Shown in pieces: positions 1 to 8,008 of a stretch of DNA of 64,000 bases. Under the pieces are notes generated by a model. The model worked only from the letters and a program-made list of their open reading frames with translations. It made no database searches and was not told the DNA's origin. Source of the DNA: a virus; the IMG/VR virus record IMGVR_UViG_3300027927_000003, positions 1 to 64,000 of that record; one strand, written 5' to 3'. A program made the position numbers and the translations under genes. Every line of letters starts with the position of its first letter. Position 1 is the stretch's first letter.

Positions 1-829
1 CACCGGCGAGAGACTTTCCGGTGCCGTACGGGCCGTAGAGCAGTGTCTTCCGGTTCAGCTTCATACCCGCCTGACGTTGCAGGTCCGCCGTGCGGATAGG
101 ACCCCAAACTGCGGAGTTGAGCCGGTCGAACACTTCCCGTGCGTATGCGACCTTGGCAGGATCAGTCGCGAACGGGTCCAAGAAGGTCGGGTACTCGAAG
201 CCGTCGCGCCCCAGGCGGCCGACGCCAACGATTGCCTTCCCCTTGTAGATGGAGTTGCGCTTCAGGTACTCCTCCACCGCGATGAAGAGCCCCTGGATCT
301 GGGGCTCGTACTTCTTCGGCGCGGTGATCACAACCTCGAAGAGCACGCCGTAGGACGGGTCAATGGTGCCACCCGTCATGATCTCGGCTTCGAGGACCGG
401 GAAATCGATGAGGCCCCAAGGAACTCGGACCTCCTGGCCGGGCGCAACCTCCACTGACCTGTACTCCGGGGGCTGAGTCCCGAAGAAGGAGTGGATGGCC
501 TTGCCCTGGCCACCAACACCAAAGATCTCCCGCATCGTCTCCTGGAGCGCGTAGGCACCGTCCCAGGGGCGGAAGCGGAAGACCTTCCTGAAGGAGTGCT
601 CCTCCTCCATCGACACAGCCTGAGCCGTCACCAGCTTGGCTGCGTTCTTCAGGGACATCCCATCCGGCAGAAGGATCTGACGTCCCTGGTGGTAGGCGAT
701 GCCGGACTCCTCAGTGATCCGGCCACCGCCAAGTTCGCGAAGCGTGTCGAGGATTTCTGCCTTCTTGCGGTCGTCTGCCTTGACGCTGAACTGATTGTTG
801 CTGTGGTTTTCCTGCAAAGTGGCGCTCAT
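1..829 (-). CDS. AAA+ family ATPase, N-terminal part (gene runs off the left edge)
   Basis: My own minus-strand translation; not in the ORF track because there is no stop in the window. ATG at 829 preceded by AGGAAGGA. Protein starts MSATLQENHS... and reaches Walker A LLYGPYGTGKSLAG at nt 1-46. Confidence 0.8.
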   Translation of the reverse strand, partial: MSATLQENHSNNQFSVKADDRKKAEILDTLRELGGGRITEESGIAYHQGRQILLPDGMSLKNAAKLVTAQAVSMEEEHSFRKVFRFRPWDGAYALQETMREIFGVGGQGKAIHSFFGTQPPEYRSVEVAPGQEVRVPWGLIDFPVLEAEIMTGGTIDPSYGVLFEVVITAPKKYEPQIQGLFIAVEEYLKRNSIYKGKAIVGVGRLGRDGFEYPTFLDPFATDPAKVAYAREVFDRLNSAVWGPIRTADLQRQAGMKLNRKTLLYGPYGTGKSLAG

Positions 830-891
830 GGTCTGGGAGCGTCCTTCCTACACGGGTATCCGTGCGTTTGTGGTTGTGTTGGTGTTGGTTG

Positions 892-1158
892 TTACTCGTT
901 CGGGTCGTGAACCTGGTCGAGGCTCAGTTCCGAGTAGCAGAACTCACAAGCCACCCTGCGCGTTGACTTGTGAGTGTGGCCAGTTACTTTCTGGATCTCG
1001 AACTGGAGGTCCGCATCCTTGATGAGACCGATGTCTGCTCCATCGATCACAACGGTGTTGGCCATGTCGCGGATCTCTTGAGCGATCCGCTTTTGCTTCC
1101 TGTTGGGTAGTTCGTCTTCGGTCACGAGGTCAATCGTGAGCCGGGTTACGTGGGCCAT
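892..1158 (-). CDS. hypothetical protein (88 aa)
   Basis: ORF track 892..1227. I prefer the internal ATG at 1158 (MAHVTRLTIDL...), preceded by a GAGAG-rich SD-like stretch. No motif recognised. Confidence 0.55.
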   Translation of the reverse strand: MAHVTRLTIDLVTEDELPNRKQKRIAQEIRDMANTVVIDGADIGLIKDADLQFEIQKVTGHTHKSTRRVACEFCYSELSLDQVHDPNE

Positions 1159-1233
1159 CTCTCTCGTTTCTTGTAGTCGTGGGCTCCTGCCGTGCCTAGG
1201 TCTTGGTGGCGCTCTTGCCAAACCCAAACCCCC

Positions 1234-1482
1234 TTACCCTTCCTGTCCGAGCAGGAGATCTTCGATCTTCTCCTGCATCTCCTCACTGGGTGTTCCGTGA
1301 ACGTCAATGCCGAGGATCCTGCCGCTGTGGTCCCGTACGACTACAGCGACAACACCATGTCGAACATGCCGACAACTCTGTTTCAGGGAGTTGACGACAA
1401 AACGGCCCAGGCTCTCTACGTTGCCTTCATTGCTTTCGTAGAGAACCTGGGCCGTAACGCTCGTTACCGGGCTCTGCTTCAC
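1234..1482 (-). CDS. hypothetical protein (82 aa)
   Basis: GTG start at 1482 preceded by AGGAGG (GATAGGAGGTGATCAAGG-GTG). High GC3. Confidence 0.6.
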   Translation of the reverse strand: MKQSPVTSVTAQVLYESNEGNVESLGRFVVNSLKQSCRHVRHGVVAVVVRDHSGRILGIDVHGTPSEEMQEKIEDLLLGQEG

Positions 1483-1515
1483 CCTTGATCACCTCCTATC
1501 ATCAGGAGGAGGTCT

Positions 1516-2700
1516 TCACCTGCCAGCGGGGGCCTTCGCCTTGACCTCGTGCTTGGCACGGATCCGGTCGGTCTCGTCCCGCAGGCCGCGCTTCCACTGC
1601 GTGTTCTCCACCTTGATGGTGTTCCGCTGAGTGACCAGCGCCATGTTGTTGCTGTCGTTGCGCTCCATCCAGCGGACCGGGTCCTTCAGGTACTCGTAGA
1701 CCGCCTTGGCCCGAGCGAGCCAGTAGGAGTACTGCGTGAGGTCGGTGTCTACGTACCGGTTCATCACAGCCGTGAAGTAGTCCCTGGCCAAGTCGTCGGG
1801 CAAGACCGCGACCTGCTCATCGGTCAGCGTCACGTCCATGCCCTCACGGTCCTGCTCAGCCAGAACGTCTTCGAGCTTCTCACCGGGGTAGACCCAAGCG
1901 GTCCTGCCGTCGTCGGTGACCACGAAGGTGGGCTCGCCCTCCTTGGGCTTGGTCTCCACGGTGACCGTAGCCACCGGCTCTTCGACGGTGGTGTCAACGT
2001 CGGGAGAGGTTGCCACCTTGACCGTGGTCGGCTCGGTCTCAACCTTGACCTCGGTCGGCTCTCCCGCAGCCTCGTAGACGATGACCTCATCGTCCTGCTG
2101 CTTCTTGGCCTTCTTGGCCTTCTTGGCCTTCTTGCCGCGAGTACCCTCCTGGCTCATCTTCTTGGCCACCGGGTGGACGTTGCTGTCCCACTTGTCGTAG
2201 GCCCAGGCCATCCCGTAGACCAGACCACCGATGAACAGCCAGCCACCGACACCGATGCTGGTCACGGCTGCCCAGACGCTCTTCAGCATCCAGGAGCCTG
2301 AGCGGAACACGTACCCGACTGCGCGGAGCGCGTAGTGCGGGACGGCCTTGGCGAACTTGACCATGCCACCCCACATCCACTTGGCCTTGCCAGAGGACCA
2401 GTTCCAGATCCGCCGCATCGAACGACGCGACCAAGCACCTGCACGCTTGGCCTGCTTGACCGTGTAGTTCTTGGTCTTGACCGCAGCGTTCTTGGTCTTC
2501 TTCGCTGCGCTCTTGGTGTTCTTCTTGACGCTCTTGGTCGCCTTGCGGACGACCTTGCGCACCTTGAACGTGGTCTTCTTCCACGTCGGGCGCTTGTTGT
2601 TCTTCTTGCCCTTCTTGGGCTTGACCTTCTCCACACGTACGACAGGCTCGGCCTCGACCGTAACCTCGACGGTGGGAGCCTCAACCGTGGTAGTACTCAC
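1516..2700 (-). CDS. Lys-rich membrane protein (394 aa)
   Basis: GTG start at 2700 with GGAAGGAAG upstream. Strongly basic N-terminal region with KKTK/AAKK-type repeats, hydrophobic segment VGGWLFIGGLVYGMAWAY, then a T/V/E-rich linker. Confidence 0.8.
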   Translation of the reverse strand: MSTTTVEAPTVEVTVEAEPVVRVEKVKPKKGKKNNKRPTWKKTTFKVRKVVRKATKSVKKNTKSAAKKTKNAAVKTKNYTVKQAKRAGAWSRRSMRRIWNWSSGKAKWMWGGMVKFAKAVPHYALRAVGYVFRSGSWMLKSVWAAVTSIGVGGWLFIGGLVYGMAWAYDKWDSNVHPVAKKMSQEGTRGKKAKKAKKAKKQQDDEVIVYEAAGEPTEVKVETEPTTVKVATSPDVDTTVEEPVATVTVETKPKEGEPTFVVTDDGRTAWVYPGEKLEDVLAEQDREGMDVTLTDEQVAVLPDDLARDYFTAVMNRYVDTDLTQYSYWLARAKAVYEYLKDPVRWMERNDSNNMALVTQRNTIKVENTQWKRGLRDETDRIRAKHEVKAKAPAGR

Positions 2701-2790
2701 GGCTGATCACTTCCTTCCTGACTGGATGGGACTGATTGATTTCTTCGCATGTTCAGGCGTTCGCCCCAGGGCTGCTTGGTCCCCTGTAAC

Positions 2791-2828
2791 GCAGAAAGGC
2801 CCCAGAGAGCCGGTATCTCTCTGGGGCC
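2791..2828 (-). terminator. intrinsic terminator hairpin inside a leader
   Basis: Perfect 12-bp stem GGCCCCAGAGAG/CTCTCTGGGGCC (2798-2809 / 2817-2828) with a 7-nt loop, followed on the minus strand by TTTCTGC. Confidence 0.6.
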
Positions 2829-2873
2829 TTCCGTGTGGCGTGCGAAGACATAGCTCCGCTACCAACTACGTTC

Positions 2874-2903
2874 ATTCTATCACAAACGCAGTTTTAGGGT
2901 CAA
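2874..2903 (-). promoter_or_regulatory. sigma-A-type promoter with extended -10
   Basis: Minus strand reads TTGACC (2903-2898), 18 nt, then TGaTAGAAT (TAGAAT = 2879-2874). The -35 overlaps the stop codon of the upstream gene. Confidence 0.5.
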
Positions 2904-3652
2904 GATCCACTGTGGAAGAAGATCTCAACCCCATCAACATCCTCCGTAGCGCCGCAGTTGAGGCACCGAAGAAGAGTCTCCCGCTTCTCGGTCTCGCTGT
3001 GCTGCGATGCTGCGTAGTAGGCGTTGGGGTCTTTCCCCTCCTTGTCGCGGAACCGCCCCACGGAGTGGAGCGAGCGATGGGAGTAAGAGACATCCAATAC
3101 CTGCGCCAGTGATCCGCAACCCCCACATTTGAGAGGGTTGGGCATGAAGTCCTCATTTGCCTCGTTGAGGCCGATCACGACTTCGTTGTACCGCTGAGCG
3201 ATCCAAGCGGGAACGGGATTGGGAACCTCACCGTTCTTGATCCACTCGAAGAACTCAGAGAACTGAGCCGGGGATAGCTTGACCAACTTGGATCGAGCGA
3301 ACCACCCGAGCTCACCTTGGAGCTGGTCTGGCGTGTACCAGGTACCAAGGACGAAGCTGTTGAGCACCCGCTCTTCCCAGTCAGGGAAGTCCTCGGCGTA
3401 CTCGTTCGGGTCCAGAAGCCTCGCGGCGCAGATCACGCTGCCACCGCCGTCTTCAGAGTTGGAGACGGAGACAAAGTCTCCCGGACCCAGGTCGAACTGC
3501 TCTTGGCTTGGCCTAACTTGTTCGGCCACCGCGTCATGCGCGTTACCAGTGAGCATCGACCTACTGATCATTTTGCGGAGGAGTTCCTGTATCTGCTCAG
3601 GGACATCGTCTCCTCCAAACGCGAAGTCGCCTGAGTTGTCATCATTTGCCAT
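2900..3652 (-). CDS. hypothetical protein (250 aa), possible C-terminal zinc ribbon
   Basis: Long ORF with high GC3. Paired Cys motifs CGGCG ... CLNCG near the C-terminus. Confidence 0.8.
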   Translation of the reverse strand: MANDDNSGDFAFGGDDVPEQIQELLRKMISRSMLTGNAHDAVAEQVRPSQEQFDLGPGDFVSVSNSEDGGGSVICAARLLDPNEYAEDFPDWEERVLNSFVLGTWYTPDQLQGELGWFARSKLVKLSPAQFSEFFEWIKNGEVPNPVPAWIAQRYNEVVIGLNEANEDFMPNPLKCGGCGSLAQVLDVSYSHRSLHSVGRFRDKEGKDPNAYYAASQHSETEKRETLLRCLNCGATEDVDGVEIFFHSGS

Positions 3653-3776
3653 AGATGTCGGACCTTTCTAGATCGCGACTGCCTGCATCGGGGCACCCGC
3701 CCCTCAGTCGCTTGGGATCATGCATGGCACCACCTACCTTCCTTGCTAGTAGTTCCTCCTGGATGTTTCCTGCCAT
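3642..3776 (-). CDS. small hypothetical protein (44 aa)
   Basis: Internal ATG at 3776 of ORF 3642..3833, preceded by GTAAGGAGAGAG. Its stop overlaps the start of the next gene (ATGGCAAATGA). Confidence 0.35.
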   Translation of the reverse strand: MAGNIQEELLARKVGGAMHDPKRLRGGCPDAGSRDLERSDIYGK

Positions 3777-3833
3777 CTCTCTCCTTACATGAGGAACCGG
3801 TGGCCCGCATACGCCCCAGCGCACACGGACCAC

Positions 3834-3881
3834 CGGCTATCCCCCCTGCATCCCCCACACAACCCACTGACGGCTATCCCC
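3834..3881. repeat. 11-nt direct repeat CGGCTATCCCC, two copies
   Basis: Exact copies at 3834-3844 and 3871-3881, in the intergenic space between two leftward genes. Confidence 0.6.
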
Positions 3882-3895
3882 ATGTCGTCAGTGGG
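3863..3895 (-). other. 10-bp hairpin (possible weak terminator or RNA element)
   Basis: CCCACTGACG (3863-3872) pairs with CGTCAGTGGG (3886-3895). No T-run follows. The 12-mer CGTCAGTGGGGG also occurs at about 7962-7973, in another leader. Confidence 0.3.
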
Positions 3896-3906
3896 GGTCT
3901 ATCTGC

Positions 3907-4509
3907 CTAAGTAGCAGGCGGCAACTGGAGCCGCTGCTTCAGGCTGTCCACGTTCGGCACGCTGTTAAGCACAGCCTGCTCCTCCTCGGTAAGCGCGGCC
4001 ACCAAGATGTGTCGCCTGGCGTCGGTCGCTTGCTTGTCCAGTTCCTCGCAGACCTCACGGTAGAGACGGTCGCACTCGATGCTCGCCTCGTTGAGCTTCT
4101 TTTGAAGCGAGCGGTCGTGGATCGAGATCGTGAACAGATCTTCGTTGTCGTGCTCGTCGTACTCGTTCTCATCCTCGTCACCGACGAGGAACCGATCCAC
4201 GGCAGGAACGGACAGGTCTACGCCCTGCCCATCAGCCAGCCGCTTCAGCCCCTTGATCCTGTCGAGGAACTCGCTGATCGCTCCGCGAGCTGCGGCCTTG
4301 ATCTCGGTCAGCTCAGGAGCCTGGTGCTGCTCAACGATCTGTGCGTGAACACGCGCCCGCTCCTTGCGGGATTCCTGCTGGAGTTCACGCTTGGCCTGGT
4401 CCAAGTCGTTGTTGAGCAGGCGCTCCAGCGTGCCTTCAGCGCGAGGGTTGATCGGTCGGGCTGCTGAGTAGTTCTGCCACTCGATCCGAGAATCGCCTTC
4501 GTTGATCAT
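3907..4509 (-). CDS. hypothetical protein (200 aa)
   Basis: ORF track entry; ATG at 4509. Charged, coiled-coil-like sequence with no motif recognised. Confidence 0.8.
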   Translation of the reverse strand: MINEGDSRIEWQNYSAARPINPRAEGTLERLLNNDLDQAKRELQQESRKERARVHAQIVEQHQAPELTEIKAAARGAISEFLDRIKGLKRLADGQGVDLSVPAVDRFLVGDEDENEYDEHDNEDLFTISIHDRSLQKKLNEASIECDRLYREVCEELDKQATDARRHILVAALTEEEQAVLNSVPNVDSLKQRLQLPPAT

Positions 4510-4536
4510 GCTCTTCTTCCTGGTTTGTTGTGGGGG

Positions 4537-4686
4537 TTAAGAGGTCGAGACCTTGATCTCGACCTTCCTGCTGGTCTGCCACGAGAGCCAGTTGGCGTGC
4601 TGGTTCAGGTGGCGCTTCTTCATCTCGTCGTACTCAGTGAGCGGCCACTGAGTGATGCCGAGTTCGGCCTTGATCGCGTCGAACAT
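4537..4686 (-). CDS. small hypothetical protein (49 aa)
   Basis: My own translation, below the ORF-track size cutoff: MFDAIKAELGITQWPLTEYDEMKKRHLNQHANWLSWQTSRKVEIKVSTS. Good GC3 but a weak SD. Confidence 0.4.
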   Translation of the reverse strand: MFDAIKAELGITQWPLTEYDEMKKRHLNQHANWLSWQTSRKVEIKVSTS

Positions 4687-4809
4687 CGGCGTGGTTTCTT
4701 CTCTCACAGGGGTCCTAACTACTGGGTTGGATTCCCTCCCCGTTCGGTGAGCAAGTCCTTCACACTCTGTCTCCCTCAGACATGGAAGAACCCAGCATCC
4801 ATAGCCCGA

Positions 4810-4865
4810 CTGGTGCTTAGGAGACGACCTCCAGGGCCGAACTTCCCCTTCGGCCGAAGCACCAG
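4810..4865 (-). other. structured intergenic element (three-stem fold)
   Basis: Outer stem CTGGTGCTT/AAGCACCAG (4810-4818 / 4857-4865) encloses GGAG..CTCC (4820-4832) and GGCCGAA..TTCGGCC (4835-4855). No ORF in the 4700-4903 region. Confidence 0.3.
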
Positions 4866-4903
4866 CCGAGTTACGGACGCTGGGTACGTCCGCGTGGAAG
4901 AAC

Positions 4904-5314
4904 TTAGCCCTTGCGTCCCTTCACTGTGCCACCTGCTGCTTCGAACTCAGCAGGGTGCTTGGCAGACTCGTGCGCGCCTCTGCCTTGCGGAGTGGGTGAA
5001 ATGCGATCACACCACCGGCACTTGAACTCCTCTTCGGACTCCGCGACGACCTGCACCGGCGACTTCTTCTTCGACTTCGGCTTGGTGGCCGACGTGATGC
5101 CGCCCTCCTTGTACGGGCGACCGTAGTGGTTGACGAACTCGCGGATCTCGACCTGGGACATCTTGGTCTCGATCTCCTCGATGTGCGGCGGGCACAGGTG
5201 AACGGACATCGGCTTCACCAGGACGTAGGTGATGTACTCCTCCGCCTCAACCTCTCGGTTCTCGTCCTGCCACTCCTTGTCACAGATGGTGACGACTTTC
5301 GTGTACTGCATCAT
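4904..5314 (-). CDS. hypothetical protein (136 aa) with C2H2-type zinc-finger spacing
   Basis: FKCRWCDRISPTPQGRGAHESAKH fits C-x2-C-x12-H-x4-H. ATGA overlap with the upstream gene; GGAGGA SD. Confidence 0.8.
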   Translation of the reverse strand: MMQYTKVVTICDKEWQDENREVEAEEYITYVLVKPMSVHLCPPHIEEIETKMSQVEIREFVNHYGRPYKEGGITSATKPKSKKKSPVQVVAESEEEFKCRWCDRISPTPQGRGAHESAKHPAEFEAAGGTVKGRKG

Positions 5315-5685
5315 TCCTCCACAGGAATCTTCGCTAGGTCGGGGAACTTGCGCTTGCGGCGCTCCTTGCGAAGCGCCGCCTTTTTGCCGTTGGACTCACT
5401 GATGCGTCCAATGCCTTTCGCCTGCCAGCCCTTGATGTAGTGCTTCTTCAGACCGGTCAGAGCGTTGCCTTGATCGTCCTGCAACTGGGTCCACCAGTTG
5501 CCACAACGACCTCGACACTGGGTGGTCTCTTCCAGAGCCCAGTTACGGCCTCCTTCGAGACGCACCCAGTGCAGAGAGGCAGTGCGCGGATCTGGGGAGC
5601 AACGGTAGAGGCGGCAGTCCAGCCAGTTATTCGGCAGACCCTCCGCGTACTCTTCGAGTTCGAACTCGGTTGGCTCGTTGTCCAT
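5311..5685 (-). CDS. hypothetical protein (124 aa)
   Basis: ORF track entry. ATG at 5685 with GAGGT upstream. Basic C-terminus. Confidence 0.75.
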   Translation of the reverse strand: MDNEPTEFELEEYAEGLPNNWLDCRLYRCSPDPRTASLHWVRLEGGRNWALEETTQCRGRCGNWWTQLQDDQGNALTGLKKHYIKGWQAKGIGRISESNGKKAALRKERRKRKFPDLAKIPVEE

Positions 5686-5695
5686 CCGCGCTACC

Positions 5696-6139
5696 TCAGC
5701 TCTTCTGCTTCTCCGCGAGGTACGCCTTGCCCTCGTCGGTCTTCAGCCAGTCCCTGCCCTCCTTGGTGCGGAGGTCGTAGGGCGGCTTCTTGGAGTCTGC
5801 CTGGACCGGAGCAGGACCGCGAGCAGTCATCGCGGGAACCTTGTCCTTCGGACGCGCACGCTTGTCCGCGTCGGGGTCGAGGTCGTAGTTGGGCATGACC
5901 TGCATCTCCTCGTCGGGGATGTGGTGCCACGCCTTAATGATCGGCGCGACGTAGATCCACTCCTCGCCGCCGCTCTTGCCCTTCAGCGACTCCTTGGCGT
6001 CCGTGACGTGCTCGAAGCACGAGAAGTGCCATTCGTAGGCACCAGCCTCGTCGTACTCGAAGTCGTTCTCAGCCTGGACTGCGACGATGACTGAACCGTC
6101 TTTCTCGCAAACTGGCTGATCACACTTATAGAACTTCAT
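5696..6139 (-). CDS. hypothetical protein (147 aa)
   Basis: Internal ATG at 6139 (MKFYKCDQPV...) of ORF 5696..6352, preceded by CAGGAGAG. The upstream part of the ORF crosses hairpins. Confidence 0.7.
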   Translation of the reverse strand: MKFYKCDQPVCEKDGSVIVAVQAENDFEYDEAGAYEWHFSCFEHVTDAKESLKGKSGGEEWIYVAPIIKAWHHIPDEEMQVMPNYDLDPDADKRARPKDKVPAMTARGPAPVQADSKKPPYDLRTKEGRDWLKTDEGKAYLAEKQKS

Positions 6140-6154
6140 GTGCTCTCCTGACAC

Positions 6155-6185
6155 ATAGAAGAAGACCATGGTCGGGCGACCATGG
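6155..6185 (-). terminator. intrinsic terminator-like hairpin
   Basis: CCATGGTC/GACCATGG 8-bp stem (6166-6173 / 6178-6185), followed on the minus strand by TCTTCTTCT. Confidence 0.45.
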
Positions 6186-6206
6186 CCTGAGCGAAAGCTC
6201 AAAGCC

Positions 6207-6234
6207 GAGCACGGTTTCAGGGGATCCCGTGCTC
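6207..6234 (-). terminator. hairpin downstream of the 83-aa gene
   Basis: GAGCACGG/CCGTGCTC 8-bp stem, followed on the minus strand by GGCTTTGAGCTTTC. Confidence 0.35.
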
Positions 6235-6243
6235 GACGTTCAA

Positions 6244-6495
6244 CTACCGCTTCGGTTCTACTACCTTGGTTCGGATCGGACCGAACGGTGAGTTCCGGAT
6301 CGCCCTCTCCCGAGTGAGGTCGATGTAGGGAGTGAACTCGCAGACCATGCACCTGGTGTGACTCAGGTTCCAGTCGTGGCCTTGCTTGCGACAGTCGTGC
6401 TCAACCGACTTAAGCCCCCGGACCATGAGGGCCACCATCGGAATGAACACGGCCATGAACGCGATGAAGCCGATGAGGATCTGGGTCTCAGTCAT
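6244..6495 (-). CDS. small membrane protein (83 aa)
   Basis: N-terminal transmembrane segment ILIGFIAFMAVFIPMVALMV. 8-nt overlap with the upstream gene. Confidence 0.7.
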   Translation of the reverse strand: MTETQILIGFIAFMAVFIPMVALMVRGLKSVEHDCRKQGHDWNLSHTRCMVCEFTPYIDLTRERAIRNSPFGPIRTKVVEPKR

Positions 6496-6805
6496 CGTCC
6501 TCGGCCTCCATCTTGGCCTCCATTGCGTTCAGCGTCAGTTGGACCACTGCGTGCGCCCAGGCGATCCGCTCACGGAGTGCCTCGGAGTCCTGCACCCGAG
6601 CCTTCAGGTCTGCTACCAGCGCGTCGTACTCGCTGGCGATGAAGTCACCGGTCTGGATCTGCGTGGCGAGCGCCTTCAGTTCTGCGATGTCTTCGGTCCA
6701 GAACTTCATCAGATCGTCGGTCAGCGCCACCTTCTCCTGGAGGCTCAAGCGATGGAGGTTCTGCTTGAACACGTCCATCTCTTCGGTGTACTTGCGCTCG
6801 TACAT
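6488..6805 (-). CDS. hypothetical protein (105 aa)
   Basis: Internal ATG at 6805 (MYERKYTEEMD...) with GAAGGAGG SD and a TGATG overlap with the upstream stop. Confidence 0.7.
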   Translation of the reverse strand: MYERKYTEEMDVFKQNLHRLSLQEKVALTDDLMKFWTEDIAELKALATQIQTGDFIASEYDALVADLKARVQDSEALRERIAWAHAVVQLTLNAMEAKMEAEDDD

Positions 6806-7164
6806 CACGCCTCCTTCACCCAGACGGTGACTCGCTTGGTGACCTCGGGCTCGCGCTCCTCCAGACCCTCGTGCCATCCGATGGGGGCCTGGAGGAAGAT
6901 CACGAAGTGACGAAGGTCGAGAGGAACCTCGTCCAGGGACTTTGGCTGGTAGCCCAGCTCGGTGAGCGCCTTGCGCGTCTCTTCCGCAGCCTCAGCGTCG
7001 ATGAGGTCGCGAGTGGTCTCGGCGTAGGTGGTGCCGAGCAGTTCCACGTAGCCGTTGATGGAGTCGTCCTGCTCCAGACCGTGGAAGCCGAAGTAGTCCT
7101 GACCTTCGCCTTTGTCGTTCGGGCTGTACCGATGGATCTCGGTCATGATGCTCGGGATGTTCAT
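6805..7164 (-). CDS. hypothetical protein (119 aa)
   Basis: Internal ATG at 7164 (MNIPSIMTEI...), preceded by GAAGGAGA. Confidence 0.7.
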   Translation of the reverse strand: MNIPSIMTEIHRYSPNDKGEGQDYFGFHGLEQDDSINGYVELLGTTYAETTRDLIDAEAAEETRKALTELGYQPKSLDEVPLDLRHFVIFLQAPIGWHEGLEEREPEVTKRVTVWVKEA

Positions 7165-7183
7165 CTGTGTCTCCTTCACAGAC

Positions 7184-7215
7184 AGAAAAGCCCCTCAGCC
7201 GAATTGCTGAGGGGC
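7184..7215 (-). terminator. rho-independent terminator
   Basis: GCCCCTCAGC/GCTGAGGGGC 10-bp stem (7190-7199 / 7206-7215) with a 6-nt loop, followed on the minus strand by CTTTTCTG. Confidence 0.7.
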
Positions 7216-7223
7216 TGGTACTG

Positions 7224-7388
7224 CTAGGACGTGTGCAACAGACCGTAGTGCTGGGCGACCAGGACGTTGAGCAGAGCGGCTCTAGAGATGCCGATCTTCT
7301 TCGCCTCGTCGTCTAACTTCTCGGCCATCTCTGGGCGCATCCTCATGTTGAAGTTCACCCAGTCTTTCTCTTCCTCGTCCTCGTTCAC
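7224..7388 (-). CDS. ribbon-helix-helix (CopG/Arc-like) DNA-binding protein (54 aa; alternative start 7418)
   Basis: VNFNMRMRPEMAEKLDDEAKKIGISRAALLNVLVAQHYG fits a beta-strand plus two helices, the RHH pattern. GTG at 7388 has a GGAGGAG SD and a GTGA overlap with the upstream stop. Confidence 0.65.
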   Translation of the reverse strand: MNEDEEEKDWVNFNMRMRPEMAEKLDDEAKKIGISRAALLNVLVAQHYGLLHTS

Positions 7389-7888
7389 GGCGTCTCCTCC
7401 AGGAGACACTGAAGCCACACCAGGTCCTGGGCCGGGAACCGGAGCACGACGATGGGACCACGGTCGTCCCAGTCGTCCTCGTCGTACTCGATGTACCAGG
7501 TGCCGAAGTCACGCTCGACCCACTCTTCGACACCATCGCGCTTGGAGTTCTTCCGGTAGACCGGGGCGGTCAGGATCTTGTTGATCGTGACCTGCCGCTT
7601 GTACGGGTAGTCGAGCTTGTTGTTCTCCCAGTGCTCCAGCAAGTCGTCCCACGCCTTGACGTGGGACATCATCACGTAGCCACCAGGAGGAACCTCGTTG
7701 CCGTCGTAGTCGGTGGTCCAGTCCTCGTCTCCCTGGCAGGAGAAGAAGGTGTGGATACCGCGCTCCCAGAGCAACTCCAGGGTTCGCTTGATCGCGGCGT
7801 CCACCGTGACCAGATAACCCTTCTCGTTGCCATCGGGGTTGTAGAACGCTCGCCACTGCCGGTGGCTGGTAGTGCTCTTGGTCTCCAT
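7385..7888 (-). CDS. hypothetical protein (167 aa)
   Basis: ATG at 7888 (METKSTTSHR...), preceded by GGAAGGAGA. Acidic and Trp-rich. Confidence 0.75.
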   Translation of the reverse strand: METKSTTSHRQWRAFYNPDGNEKGYLVTVDAAIKRTLELLWERGIHTFFSCQGDEDWTTDYDGNEVPPGGYVMMSHVKAWDDLLEHWENNKLDYPYKRQVTINKILTAPVYRKNSKRDGVEEWVERDFGTWYIEYDEDDWDDRGPIVVLRFPAQDLVWLQCLLEETP

Positions 7889-7917
7889 GTGGTCTCCTTC
7901 CACATGTCCCCGTACAT

Positions 7918-7962
7918 AGAAAAAGCCCCTGACCAGGTACGGGGGATGACCTGATCAGGGGC
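7918..7962 (-). terminator. rho-independent terminator inside a leader
   Basis: 13-bp stem (7925-7937 / 7950-7962), with one G.U pair when read on the minus strand, followed by CTTTTTCT. Confidence 0.75.
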
Positions 7963-8008
7963 GTCAGTGGGGGGCGGAGAAGGCGTACTTCCCCTACCCA
8001 CTGCATTC

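Noticed and set aside
4715-4740. GGTTGGATTCC, a T-loop-like sequence that might indicate a second tRNA.
   Set aside because: No acceptor, D or anticodon stems can be drawn around it on either strand.
4525-5025. 166-aa plus-strand ORF.
   Set aside because: It spans an intergenic structured region and lies antisense to two leftward genes. It has no SD and a junk-like peptide.
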